NCBI GenBank assembly: GCA_964016885.1
Contig: OZ024746.1
Location: 90,024,001-90,088,000 of the forward strand
DNA from: Eledone cirrhosa
Taxonomy: Eukaryota
Direction: 5' to 3'
DNA length: 64,000 nt
Below, piece by piece: positions 24,913 to 38,604 of this stretch. The notes beneath the pieces were generated by a model. It was not told where the DNA came from. It ran no database searches and was given only the letters and a program-made list of their open reading frames with translations. The translations under genes were made by a program, and so were the position numbers. Position 1 is the first letter of the stretch. The number at the start of each line of letters is the position of its first letter.

Positions 24913-26194
24913 TATAGAGAGAGATAGATGAAGGTGTGAGTGTGTGTGTATGTGTGTATGCGTGCGTGTCTATGTTTATGCCCTGTAATTTAGCGGTTTC
25001 CGACCAAGAGTAATATTAAACCACAACTACAGCAATATATCTAACTCACCATTGATTACAATGATCTTAACAAACAGAAAATGTTTATATTTTTAACATT
25101 TAGAAAGTTAATGTATAAATACGTTTATCACAAATGGAAAATGTGGCAAAATTACTCTGCCTTGCAGGCAGCGTTTACTTCAATGCAAAGATTTTCTTTT
25201 GTCCAGAAACCTCACGATTTCGATGCTAAAGTAATGATATGGTGAAAGTTTCTGCTTACTATAAGCTGTCGTTGGCATCTTTTATGAAGAGGAAAGTATG
25301 CCTATATCACTCGTTCGAATTCAAAGCTTTTATGGCTTCAGTATTGTAATAAAAGAAAAGTCTATGTTATACTTTAACTGATGAAAGCAAGACAAATATA
25401 ATGATAGTGTATCAAGTAAATACGGTGTCCTGTTGTTAGGAAATAAAGTCTGCATTGCTATAGAAATCAATTTCAATCCAAAGCATAATGTGTTTTTAAC
25501 TCAACCTATAGATATGTAAATCAATATCATACAGAGACTAATAAAATATCAGCTGATTGATTTGATGAAATGTGGAAGGTGACAGGTGCCCAGTCAAAAT
25601 TGGTGCGCTGAAAACTAATGAGAGATGTTCGTTTTACACATATTAGTTTATATATGCTTTGCCAAAGGTGACTTCTTTTCAGATGTTTGAAATGAACTTT
25701 GTGAATAGGAAATATGGACCACGCTAAAAGTTCAATAACATATTCATCTGCATATTTCATTTAAATATGATTTACGATATATGCGTTGTTAACGCGTATA
25801 AGCCAGTCGTATGACAAACAATACAATTATATATACATGTTAGACTAACTATATAAGTGCTTTCCTCTTCAAATAATCCCATTTCCCTACTGTCGACTTT
25901 GTTTGTAATACGTTTTTTCCCCATTCTATATTCCATTGAAGGAGTAACATCCAACACGTTAAGTATATATTTCCTACAATATGAAGCATTGAACTAATAT
26001 ATATCGCCATTGTATTATATTGTTCTCGTTCGCAAACTTAAATATGTGAAGATAATTAAGTATTGTTAACAATTTGATAAGTTACAATAAGGATACTATT
26101 GACATTCTCTGGCAACATTTATTTGGTACATCTGATTATTTCTCACTTAATCAATAGAATATTGCCAGTGGATCTTACCTGCAAAGCTTTTGAA

Positions 26195-26257
<63 letters not shown>

Positions 26258-26274
26258 TACATACATATATATAT

Positions 26275-26385
26275 ATTGTTATACTTGGGGAGGGTCATAT
26301 TTGTGTAATAATATTGCCAGAATTAATAACAGAACACACTCACTGTTTGGTTGGTTTTCGCTTCTGTGTCTTTTATATCGGTTAA
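26275..26385 (+). repeat. (TA)n-adjacent repeat family C, copy 1
   Basis: ATACTTGGGGAGGGT..AATAATATTGCCAGAA..ACAGAACACACTCACTGTTTGGTTGGTTTTCGCTT is nearly identical at 35817-35923. Confidence 0.85.
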
Positions 26386-26949
26386 TTTAATTTATTCGGT
26401 CCTCATTGACTGACCAACGGTCAAAAATACGGATACAATATAGACACAACATCATATATGTAGTCTAACAAAGTTCTTTCGTTGCACATCTGCAACATCG
26501 CCAGTGGTGCTATTATGTTCCTCCCGTTGTATTGTATGCCTACGTCATCTTTATTTAGTCTGTTTATTTATTCATTTATTTGTTTTTTTGTCTTCTCTGC
26601 ACATGCGTTTGCGTGTGTGTATATTGTTTTGTTTGATGTGTGTTCGTGTTTGGGTGACTGTGTACTGGTTATTGTATTCTATCTTAGTTTACTAGTGTGT
26701 TTTTATATGTGTTTGTTGTTATTGTGCTTGTGTATGCATTTATTCATTTATTTATACTTCTCTTAGGTCAGTGTTTTTTGTTTGGGTGCTGTTGTTATTC
26801 CATTCATTTTTTCTGTTTTCCTTGGCCTTCTAATTTTATTTCGCTGTCCTCTCTGATTTGCCTATCTGCTGGGTCATTTCTATGTTTCGATGTTATTCTA
26901 ATTTCTATGTTGTCTATGTTACCGTTATGTTGTTGTCTGGCATGTTCGT

Positions 26950-27300
26950 ATAGTACTGAACCGTTTTTTTCGTCCTCAAGTGTCAACATAGTGCGCTCAT
27001 CTACCAGCCCGCTAGAAAGAGTACTGCAAACTTTCCAAGTATCGGCTGCTCTCCGATAGGTTTGGGTAGTGCCTGTAGCAGTGGACACTTCCGCCTTCAC
27101 CGTCCCAGCCATGCTTTATGCTTTCGTTGAGATGGCACGGGAGGCGGCACCTCCCACTATACTGGTATGACAGACAGTGGGTGGAGATAAACATATCCCA
27201 CATTGGCACAGCAACGGCATTTGTGGGGAAACAAGCCCGACGATGCTGTTCGAGCCGGTGCACTAGACTGTCTGAGGCCAAGTTTCATTAACTGGCGTCC
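26950..27300 (-). mobile_element. Degenerate PLE GIY-YIG fragment
   Basis: Minus-strand remnants CRLPCHLN and GTVKAEVSTATGTTQTY..AADTWK resemble the CPLNG..VYKAEV..YIG..WK signature. Confidence 0.45.
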
Positions 27301-28040
27301 CATTTGCTATAACTTATTCTTAACGGTCGGACATTTAACTCTTTCAACATATGCTAGCGTTAAAAGATGACATAATATTATGAAGGTGAGGATCTTGAAT
27401 ACGAATATGTGTGCGAATATGTGTAAGTGATTCTTGAAAGAGATGCGGAGATAAAGTGTAAGCATGGCTAGGCGAAGATATACATAAATGTCATACATCC
27501 GTGGATATATATATACATTCTTAGGTATACGTACAACGAAAATGGAAGACGAGCTACATGTATCAGAATAGTCATTATAGATAAGAACTCTTGTTATTCT
27601 AGTAAGATTTCATATAACCTAACCCTATTGTTGGGAGATACGATCTGAAACCTTAGTTCATTCTTTTGTGCGTTTATATATCTCGTGTCATTCACTGAAT
27701 AATTCTAGATACGTATAGAAGTGAAATTTCCTTTTCGTAACAAATAATGTGTTGTAAGTAATTACTTCAGTTCTATTGTTAATACATTCCATGTGGACTA
27801 AAAACATATTTACCTCTGTATCCTCAAAATGGCTTTCGCGTAGATTCTGTTTAAATTAGAAGTGTACCTTTTTCTAGACTTTCAATCTGATCGATTTTGT
27901 TTAGTTTTCCTTTTTTAGCATGCAGGTAATATAGCGTATGTCTTCATTTTAATAATTCATTTCTGATATTGCCAAAAAAGTTTAAGTGTAGAAAATAACA
28001 TGATGAATGAATAAGAATAAACGCATCGATGAAATAAATG

Positions 28041-28098
28041 TGCTTCTAATGTTCCATTCATCTATGGTGCAACATAGATGAATAGAACATTAGAAGCA
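28041..28098. other. Near-perfect 58-nt hairpin (26-bp arms, 6-nt loop)
   Basis: TGCTTCTAATGTTCCATTCATCTATG-GTGCAA-CATAGATGAATAGAACATTAGAAGCA, one mismatch. Confidence 0.9.
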
Positions 28099-28389
28099 AT
28101 AACCATTTACAGTTATCATAATATGATTCAAGAGAATATTTTACGAGATCCTCACAAAAATATTGGTACACATTCCTGAATAAGTCCTACCGCTTCTTGT
28201 CACGCATTTTGTTGTTTTGAGCACATGCCTCATACAAGCTACTATTTAAAATCACAAAAAGTACTAGGCTTTGTTTATATATGTCTACTTGCAGTTGTTG
28301 ATATTGAATAGCATACGCATCAACGTCACATGTTATTGAGTGCAACTGAAAAGCAAGAGCCGTGAATCCTCCTTTCTGTTTCCTACAAA

Positions 28390-28579
28390 TAATTGTTTCT
28401 ACTTTTGGCACAAGGCCAGCAATTAACCAGTACATTACTGGTACTTTATTTTATCGAACCAGTAAGATTGAAAGGCAACGTTAACCTCGTCGGGATATGG
28501 ACTCAGACAGTAAAGGGACGTAACTATGCTAGACAGCATGGCGTCCGACCCTCTACCGATACTGCCAATTCACCGCCCT
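28390..28579 (-). mobile_element. Full-length SINE family A
   Basis: Alignable to 11228-11411. Confidence 0.9.
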
Positions 28580-29899
28580 TAATTTGCTAAACCACAGTTT
28601 TTATAACGGAAAAATGATGATTTTAATACGTTAAACAGCTAACATATGTTCACTCTTTTTGCATACCTGTAAATTGATTAAATATGGAGAATAATCATCT
28701 GGCAGATTATGAAACTAATGTAACAATTTAAATACATCTGGTTATCTAGATATTAGAGGCCTTTTAGGCCTTATATACATTAGGTGACCGATCCTTTATA
28801 TTTAATTATACACCTTTGAGTAGATATATTTTCTGAAATTATTTTTCACCAAAGTAAGTGTACATAATCTATTAAATAGGCTGGATAATCAGCACTGTGT
28901 TAATTTCTGAAACTAACTTCTGTTACGTTTTATTAGGAGCATGGATAATTCATTGAAGCGTTTGCCTGTATGACGCTTTTAGTCGTTAGTGCAGTGGAAA
29001 TCTTGCGAAAAGGGGTGACAACTGCATGTTATATAAGGCCACCACGGAAAACCCGTGAACACAAATTTAATTTATGACTAAACCAATTCTCAACTCAACT
29101 GTCGCTGCTGTGCTATTGTTCGATTAGTCCTTCATACCTAATCACCGAGAAGAGAAGCATAACTTGCTATCTCTTTTGACATTTGTTATTGCACATAGGA
29201 AATGGCTACACATGCTGTTATAAAAATAATATTGTGGCCAATGAATGAAATCTTTATTTTAGCAACTTCAAGATACTTGATAGTATATATACATTAATCT
29301 TCTTACATATTAATTTGAATATAACGTGCAGTTGCTGATATAAATATATCTATATAATGATATTCATAAATATATCCGCATAAACATGTATTGACAAACA
29401 GATAAAATAATATATATTCCTTCAATATTGGCAGTAGTAGACAATTCCGAAGTAATGAAGTCCAGGTATTATTCTGCATCAAAGAAGATAACATAGAAAA
29501 CTGTGGTCAAAATATGCAACACTGAAAGAAAAATAGACATGTAATGTATTCAAATGTGTGGGAATTAAATACAATTCTCCAGATATTCCAGAATACCACT
29601 GGAATATATGAAATAATAGAAATTAGTAACGATTTGCAAAACCTTCACTAACGTTACCGAGATGCAAATTTGCGTACAACAAGTTGCATAGATATTCAAA
29701 TGAGGAGTCAGGGACTAGAGTAATAACGGTCGAATGCCGCAATGTTGCTGAGGTAAGTTTGTGACAGAATAGCTGAAAGGTAGTATCACGGTATAAAAAA
29801 GGGGAATATGTGATATTTATAGAATTAGAAATGAAATATAGCCTGCTTGTGAGAATGGAAGCGTACTATGGACGGTTAGAGAGAAATTTACAATCGTAT

Positions 29900-31700
29900 A
29901 AATACACAATTGTCATGTATATTGTTGATATAAAACGACGGGCATTCAACTACAGCACTCTTCGTGTTAGAAGCGCCTAATCCGAAGATAAATGGTTGTT
30001 CAAGAAGAAGAATTCCGGGTAGACCCGTCCCATAAAAAATCCAAACTGGGGATAAAGCGGTATAACTGCCAAAATAAGTTGAAGTGTTATGAGTTTTGAA
30101 GTCCCGTAGATGTTACAGCACTGGCATAGATACTTTTTTCTGCATATATCAGTCCGCATGGGTTTACATTCCAGAAGACTACCTCGTTGACTATAAGTGA
30201 CATTTATGAAGGTGAACATAAATCCATCAATTTCTTGGAAAGTAGAACTGGGAAATTACCGAGTGATAAAGGTTTTTGTGAAATGAATGAGTGTTGTAAC
30301 ATGAACGGCGACAAGCAGACGATCCAGATAATGTGACTGAAAGAGGGGAAGCTGGGTAACCTTTTTGCAGGTTCGACAGTCTTCTGATAAATCTTTAATT
30401 TAACAGCTTCTGGTTCGATGAAACGTAGAATAACCTGTGTGTGACCAGGTGAAATGTCTGTGCGTTTCAGAAAACGAAACATGGTTTTTAGTGATTTAGT
30501 TACAAGAAAGAATCGCAAATGTTTGTTGTATAGATCAGACAAGACATCACATTGCGTGGTGAGTTCCTTGTACGACAACGTTGGAGTTTGTTTATAATTT
30601 GGTGTGCATGTGCTTTGGAATCAACGCTCAGTTACGAGATATATGATGTTTTGTGAGTGAGATTTCCTGAAGATAAATGAATGTCAGAATGAGACAAGGG
30701 ATTTGTAGCAATCTGAACCGGAGTGTAGGAGGAAGAACAGGGAAGAGCATATGTACATGTAGATATCTAAAAAATGGATAGTAACCAAATAGTATAATAG
30801 ATAAAAACCCAAAAGTAGTTCTACCCTAACAAAATTTGACAAATTTGCCTATTAAAGAAAGAAAACGTCAGTTGTTCGCGACTGCAGAATGTGCTCCTGA
30901 TACATTCATCTATACAGACTTCAAATGTTTGGTCAAATAACAAGGGCATGGTACTGTGCTTGTCTTGTTGGTCACATGAACAAATAATGATAGAGAAATC
31001 AATATATAATTTAGTTGATGAGGGATTTAAAGTATAGCATAGAAGAGGATACGGTTCGAAACCCTTTTCTGATATGTCTCATCGGAAAATAATAGATTAT
31101 TAGCATTCCATGATAAAATGTAACTGCCAAAGAGTTGGCTCTTGGAAAAGGAGCATAGATGAACAGTGAAGTACGTGTGATGCCTTTGAGATTATAGAAC
31201 TGTTACCCATATTGATAAGAATTGATTAACGTGTTATAGAGCTGGTGCAAGTGGGGAGAATGTAGCGAAATTCGATATTAACTAAAACACGATGCAATAT
31301 TGATGAAAGAATGCAAAAACAGCGAGTTTTAACTAGAACTGTGAAGTTGCTGTTTCTTGGTTATCCACGAATATTGCTCTGTCTTTTGATTAGAGTTGTG
31401 TGTCGCTGAAACGATGCACTTTTAACACGTACAACGTATACTCGTTGCTCAAAGAAATGACAATTATATTTTCGCCTAAAATAAAGAACATCCTTGGAAA
31501 AGAATGACGGAGTTTTGTGACATATTTCAGTTTTCGACGGTTTTCAGTAAACATAGCCAAGATGACCAACAGGAAAGCTATGGGGGGTCATCAGTTCTGA
31601 ATGGGGGCAAAAAGCGGATGTTTGACAGATGCTCATGTAGCCATACATTTCATTAAGCATGCACTCACTTCAACATATCACTTTTTGTTAAAAAGTGTTT
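29900..31700 (-). mobile_element. Probable heavily decayed DNA transposase (hAT-like)
   Basis: Microsatellite-free, higher-complexity block. Weak minus-strand remnants resemble the HC..H.L, IY.YF..S.KR and L..L..I...P motifs of hAT transposases; no TIRs found. Confidence 0.3.
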
Positions 31701-34507
31701 ATGTGAAACACCGTTTATAGTGATAGGTGTGATCATATTCGAGCGACGTTTCAGATACTTGCAAGTGACGGGCCTCCTCGATATTCCTGTCGAATCTCTC
31801 TTACCTGATTTAGTTTAAAATAGGTATGAAGTAAATTTGCATAGAAAATTTCCATGAACACGATGCAGACATTTTTAGCACATTGTACTTAGGATAGGTA
31901 ACACATACTAGTTAATGATATCAATACAACAGGCATATTTATAACTGTTTATTGTTCATATATTTGTTCTTTCGGGTATAATCATGCTGCATAATTTTTA
32001 TACTACTAGATAGAGTGATTGTTCACTTGCTGATATTTATTTACAAATATGACTTGCAATATTTTATAAATATATTTGTCAAGTTCACTGCAATATATGA
32101 TTTTGCTATTAGCGTATACAACATTTATATATTACTTGTAAATTTAATTATTTAACAAAAAGACATTTATGATTAGTAATAATGAGACACTTAAAATTCT
32201 CTTCTTTGAAATTATTTATGTATTTATTCATGTTTAATTCTGCCTATAAAATTATTGAGTTCATTATTGCGTTCATTGATCCATAACGCGTTACATAATA
32301 TTTAAAGAAAAACACAATTCCGCATGCCATTGAAGTTGCTGACGCAACATTTCAAGCAGCGGGTGAACGTAAGTCCCTAATAAAATTCTTCAAACGTGTT
32401 TATATAATGTTTTCTTGTACTTCAAAGATTACCAGTACAGCATTTCCAGATATAAATAATAATATCAAGATAACAATTCACATATAAAGAAAAAAATCTT
32501 CTATATTATATATCTGAGAGACGATAAACATTTGCAAAAACATTGAAGAACAATGTGCAAAAGCGTTTAATTATACCAACATCGAAGTGAGATCCGTATA
32601 GCTGCAAAACTTGTAGAAGAGCAAAATGCAAATCATGCAGTTAAAAATGTACATTCAGGAATTTGAAAAGGATTGTCAATTTTTTTTCAGCCGGTTAACA
32701 TGTATTTCATATTAAATTCTGTCAAATGTTATATGCATTTTATCACAGAAAAACGCTGCATTCATAAGTACTACGTATCTTAAATGCGGTTAAAATTTAA
32801 CATTTGATGGACTTTCTTATATGCAAGTTTTTATACGGAGCCAATTAATTAAAGATTCATGTGGTAAATTTAATAATAGTGAAGATATTCTTAAAAGTTA
32901 TTTTCATGGATTGTTCAGGTAAAGACATTTCATGCATGGCTCGTAATACAATTCATGGTCCCTGGTTTAAAGTGTGTCCACATTACCCAATATTAGCATG
33001 ATTCTCATTATTCAAGTAGGCAGGCCTATATCTTGCTTCTGCGGAGTATTATTGATTGGACTTCTATTCTTCTGAAGTAAATTGCCATTTAGTGAGACAT
33101 ATGTTTGAGATGATGTCCAGTTGTATCTCTGTAAGTAGGATTTCCGCTCATATCGAGTTAAATGCTATCGCCTTTTGAATATACTATCTGTATGATTTTA
33201 ATTAGCCAAAACATATATTTACTTCGTTTAATAGATTGGTAACATTTAAAACTATCTTGGGTGTTGCGTAAAGTAATTCATATCTGAAATAATCTAAAGG
33301 AAACTCATCATGTTTAGATATCCAATCAATCACAATTTTGTTATAATTTCTCATCAGATATATTCCAATTATGCTGATTGTGCTAGTCTATGTTATTAAG
33401 TCATCTTGTACAATGTCTAAAGTGGATAAATCAATTAGGAGTCTAAACAATTATATATTAGAACTCATACTTTCACAAATGAATTTATATTTCCGTATGC
33501 ATTATTCGTTATATATATCATTTGAAAGTCATATATATGTCTACAGATGTTCAATTGAAAACAAGTCATTTTATTTCATTTCAGGCACGTAGTAGTATAT
33601 ATGTTAGAGATGGGTATGGCGTGTGGGATTATAATAATATATATTATAACCAGGGGTGTTTTGAAATGTGTGAAATAAAACGGGTGACTGTATGTTGAAA
33701 AATGGGCAAGATATTCTGAAGGACGGAAGCAGGCAGAGTTAGCATCCCTAGCCGAGGTTACTTCTACGAAGTAGCATAATTATTCATTGTATTGCCGTTC
33801 AATAATTGTATAACCTGATTCCTTTTTGGGTAGATATTATGCATACATTTTTAAGCAAGTGTTTGTAGTTTCGTACTAATGAGTTTTATTTCAGTTGTAT
33901 GACCTTACATTAAACTACACATGTTGTTTGAAGTCCTGTTTTGTTAAGTTATGATCTTTTTCTCTATGGTATATTTTGGTGGAGATGTCGTTCTATCTAG
34001 ACTGCGTTTCCTTTCGATTTTAATTGTTTATTTAATTACTGAGACTGAAACTCTACTTCATTAAATTTACCAGTTTTATGATTTCTTTAATTACAATTAA
34101 GTTTAGATTACATTAATGTGTGAAGAGAGTTAGGATTGAGATTATGTATATCAGTGATCATAAGTTGTCGGATTGGTCTGAGTGGGTTCTGATTAGTGAG
34201 AATAATAAGTCGGATATAGCCTGTTGGCGGAGGACAAGACCACACCACTAACTTATGCAAGGGGGTTGGTTATTTTTTTGCCGTAAATGATGGGAGAAGT
34301 AATTCAAGGAGATATTTCGTATTTAATAATTCTCGTAAGGATCGAATTTGATGCTACCTTTATAGATTGTATTTGCTTGAATTCGTGGCTGGATCGATGT
34401 AAATTAGTTTAGGTTTAAGCTTTTCGTTGGCACACGCACATATACACGAACATACACACACGCGCTCACACACACACATATATACACACACCCATACACA
34501 CACACAC

Positions 34508-34577
<70 letters not shown>

Positions 34578-34580
<3 letters not shown>

Positions 34581-34668
34581 TGGTTACACAACAGTTAGTT
34601 AACCACACCGTGAACAATTGTTTCACCTTAGCGGATCCGCTACGGATATTACCTTCCAGTGTTCTACG
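34578..34668. mobile_element. Tiny two-armed PLE pLTR relic in (TA)n, same family as 2340-5268
   Basis: 34578-34638 matches 2403-2463; 34641-34668 is the reverse complement of 2340-2367. The junction is the palindrome TAGCGGATCCGCTA. Confidence 0.8.
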
Positions 34669-35748
34669 TTCTATATATATGTATGTTTATCTAAAACCAT
34701 TTTGAAGGCCTTTCGCTATGAAGCTAAGGTAGTAATTGTAGTCACCTACCTAGCTATACCTAGTAAATATATACATAAATATATATACTTGCAAACATAC
34801 GTATGTGAATACATACCTCTGAACATAAATACATTTATGTACACATACAAAGCTAAATATATATGCATATAGTATAATGTAGCCTATCTCTTGTATGAGA
34901 CCAAATAAAATAAGGACAGCTTTCATTACAATGAAAGATCGTTAAGAATAATTTGCACTCAAATCTGTTTGTGTGATACGCAGTGCAGCTAAATCACTAT
35001 CAATGGTATCGGGCTTTGATTACTCGTACTATCCTGAAAATCGTGTTGAGATATAATTTCCCCGCGTATATTTCAAATAATTATCATTTAATAATGTATA
35101 AAATATATAAAGTACTTTAAAGATTTTTCTAAGAAATATTTAATACTCTATAATATATTCTATGAAAAAAGTATCATATGCAAACAATTGCGCTGAACCT
35201 ATAAATATATGAAAGCTATTATATTGTCAATAGAATTCTGTAAAATGTGCTTATCAATTGGGAATATATGTAACGACCTATGCAATGTGGACATTTTATT
35301 TTCATAAAGATTGAACAAAGACATACAGAACTAATTTTGAACAATACTTTATTTCGGTATGTATGATTTTTTTCATCTGTAGTGTATATATATATAAAGT
35401 GTATTGCGAATTATGTTTTATATCATTATTTAATGGCTTTCAATACTATTGTTATTTTGTTATTTCTTTACAAGTGGTTGGAAGACTTCCCTACTTTAAC
35501 TCTTATATATTTTGATTATAAATGTGTGCGTTCTGTAACTTGGGTAGACACTCGTTTACAACTATACCCATATAAATACGAGTCAGAAATCACAGGAAAA
35601 TAGAGATACAGTCTAATGAATATAGACACAGAGACACATTCAAACGCACACACATTCCCATACACTCACAAAAAACACACACTCACATAATCACGCTCAC
35701 ACAACATACATACGCACACAATGATGCCCCCCCCTGCCACACACACAT

Positions 35749-35816
<68 letters not shown>

Positions 35817-35820
<4 letters not shown>

Positions 35821-35923
35821 CTATACTTGGGGAGGGTAATATTGTAATAATATTGCCAGAAATAATAACAGAACACACTCACTGTTTGGTTGGTTTTCGC
35901 TTGTGTATCTTTTATATCAGTTA
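35817..35923 (+). repeat. (TA)n-adjacent repeat family C, copy 2
   Basis: Match to 26275-26385. Confidence 0.85.
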
Positions 35924-36429
35924 CTTTATTCTGTCCTGTATATATATATATGACACGCTATACCCACCGGGAATCCACCGCCACATACACAGAAATATTC
36001 ACAAACACAGACACACACACTTACACACACACACCTACACACACATACACACACGCACGCACACACACGCACACACACACGCACACTCCCATATTGTTGT
36101 CAATGTGTTTCTTTTTTGTGTATTCTTATGTGTATGTATCCCATTACATGTGAACCTCGGGCACGTGTCTGCCTGTAGGCTTATGAATATAGTGCATCAT
36201 TGTACTAAAATGCTAAAATATTTCTTTAGTCCAATGATTTATACTTCTAAAGATATACTAGAATATAATTACTTACGAGAATAAAGTGTAAACAAAAAGA
36301 AAAACGAAAAAACATTTACTGCATAAGGCTTGGCGTCAATTTATTCCATAATTACATAACACGCATACAATTTCAATACAAAGAGAATGTTTAAAGGAGA
36401 AGTTAAATATTTAAAAACTGTCTAAATAT

Positions 36430-36647
36430 GTGTTACTACTTTTCGCACATGGCCAGCAATTTGTAGGAAACGGTAATGTCCAATACATCAACAACGGTAC
36501 ATATATCGTACTACATTTTGTCGTCTACGTAAGGATGAAACACAACGAGAGCTTGGGTACGATTTCAACGTAGGACGTAAATTAACGCAACTATATGCTG
36601 CAAAGTATGCTGTCCGATGCCCCAACCATACTGTCAACCCACCGTTC
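36430..36647 (-). mobile_element. Old diverged SINE of family A type
   Basis: GGCCAGCAATT, GTAAGGATGAAA, TATGCTGCAAAGTATG..GTCCGA, CCACCG landmarks. Confidence 0.7.
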
Positions 36648-36985
36648 TAAAACAAACATATAGAATAATGAAATATATGAATGCATCAAGTTATATTATA
36701 ATAATGGTTGTTGCATAATGGCCGCATCGTTACAAACACATTTTAAATCGTATGTAAATGGAATTATTTGAACAGAGATACACCAATACACAAATAAAAT
36801 ATTAGGTCACATAGGTAATTATAAATACACATACACAGACACAGAAACAAAAACACACAGACACACACAGACACACACATAAACACACGAGCTGTCAACA
36901 TGAATGGACCTGTTATTTTTATGTAAAGACATTTCTCCAAAGTACGACCCGGCCGTCCCCTCAATCTGTCTTATTTATCATTCTT

Positions 36986-37021
36986 TCTCCTGATGAAGGA
37001 CTAGCCTTTGAAACGTTAAGA
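36986..37021 (+). ncRNA. Minimal type I hammerhead motif
   Basis: CTGATGA(36990)-agg actag cct tt-GAAAC-GTT-aaga; palindromic AACGTT stem III. Confidence 0.6.
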
Positions 37022-37101
37022 CCATTTCCCTGCTATTTCAAGCGTTAACCTAATACAGTCTTTCTATATACTGTACCGATTGTGTTGTTAAATCTGTCTA
37101 C

Positions 37102-37170
<69 letters not shown>

Positions 37171-37361
37171 GTAGATAAATCTACCAAGAGTTTACGGTAG
37201 TGTCCAATCCGTATGAAGAACTCAATGTATTCCGGATATCATGGAAAGAAGAGATGTAATGAAAAACCACTTTCGGTGAAAGATAAACGGTATACAGAGT
37301 CAAGATAAAATATTAAACAAATAATGAATAAACAATTCCTTATATTAAACAAAAAAAAAGT

Positions 37362-37514
37362 TCATTATTTAACGATCGTTTCTAGGATATATATGTGTTA
37401 GAATTGGTATGCATATTCAACAGATCTATGTACAAAATTATACAAAATTATACAAATTATCAAGATTAAATATACATACCAAACACATATATACGCCGTC
37501 TTCAGAAAAAATCA
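37362..37514 (-). ncRNA. Hammerhead ribozyme, mirror copy in the palindrome
   Basis: Reverse complement of 37512-37664. Confidence 0.65.
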
Positions 37515-37664
37515 TTTTTTCTGAAGACGGCGTATATATGTGTTTGGTATGTATATTTAATCTTGATAATTTGTATAATTTTGTATAATTTTGTACATAG
37601 ATCTGTTGAATATGCATACCAATTCTAACACATATATATCCTAGAAACGATCGTTAAATAATGA
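37512..37664 (+). ncRNA. Type I hammerhead ribozyme with ~116-nt stem II
   Basis: Stem I TCATTTTTT/AAATAATGA; CTGAAGA at 37521; stem II TATATATGTGTT/AACACATATATA plus TGGTATGTATATTTAA/TTGAATATGCATACCA; GAAAC-GATC-GTT, predicted cut after 37655. Confidence 0.7.
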
Positions 37665-37829
37665 ACTTTTTTTTGTTTAATATAAGGAATTGTTTATTCA
37701 TTATTTGTTTAATATTTTATATATTTATATATATATGTGAATTATTTCAGTCGGAAAGGTACAGGAAAAAAGAGTGCTCTATGTAGGTTACAGAGCGTAT
37801 TAGTTACGTAATAAACAACATAAAATAAT

Positions 37830-37890
37830 CATTTCCTTTACCAGTGGTTCCTTGAAAGCAGATATATCTGTTTTCACTCATCAGAATGAA
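37830..37890 (-). ncRNA. Decayed hammerhead motif
   Basis: Minus: ttcatt-CTGATGA-g-tgaaaacagat at atctgctttca-a-GGAAC-cactg-GTA-aaggaa; GAAA core mutated to GGAA. Confidence 0.5.
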
Positions 37891-38387
37891 TAAAACATGA
37901 TGTTTTTATTTAATATAGACTTGAAAACAAAATATAAGAAATATGAAAGTGAGGCTGAGGAAAAAGGGGCGAAAAAGAGGAGAAAAAAATACATATAAAT
38001 ATATATAAACAATAAATATATAAATATACACGCACTCAACCACGCGCATATACTTGAAATATAGGTAGACATATAATTCATCACATAAGCGTATATGCGT
38101 CTACAGACATTGACGAAATACATACCCATACATATATATTAAGTAATAAGAATAAATAAATAACTGAATAAGAACAACAAATACAAAGTCAAAAATAAAG
38201 GATACGTGTTGACAACGATGAGTGAGAGGAGGGGAGAATAAAAACAATTTTAAAATAAACAAATACACGAAGTGAGCATACAGATAAATATATATATATA
38301 ATATATATAATATATATAAATATATATATATATATACAGAAAAATATAAAATAAACATACGTACACATCCACATACACATACACGTA

Positions 38388-38435
<48 letters not shown>

Positions 38436-38568
38436 CTGTGTGCGTCTGTGGGTGTGTGTGGGTGCGTGTGTGTGTGTGTGTGTAAAAGGTAGACGGACAT
38501 AACAACACAATTGGTACAGTATATAGAAGGAATATATTAGGTTAACGCTTGAAATAGCAGGGATATGG

Positions 38569-38604
38569 TCTTAACGTTTCGAACGCTAGTCTTTCATCAG
38601 AAGA
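38569..38604 (-). ncRNA. Minimal type I hammerhead motif
   Basis: Minus: tctt-CTGATGA-aagactagcgttc-GAAAC-GTT-aaga; stem I tctt/aaga is perfect, stem II weak. Confidence 0.55.

Larger units (their letters stand above)
37305..37720. repeat. Near-perfect 416-bp palindrome centred on 37513
   Basis: Arms of ~207 bp with a 1-nt spacer; the only difference I see is A9 vs T8 in a homopolymer. Confidence 0.97.

Noticed and set aside
32300-32375. Possible exon ending at a GTAAGT donor
   Set aside because: No acceptor or recognisable peptide; expected by chance.
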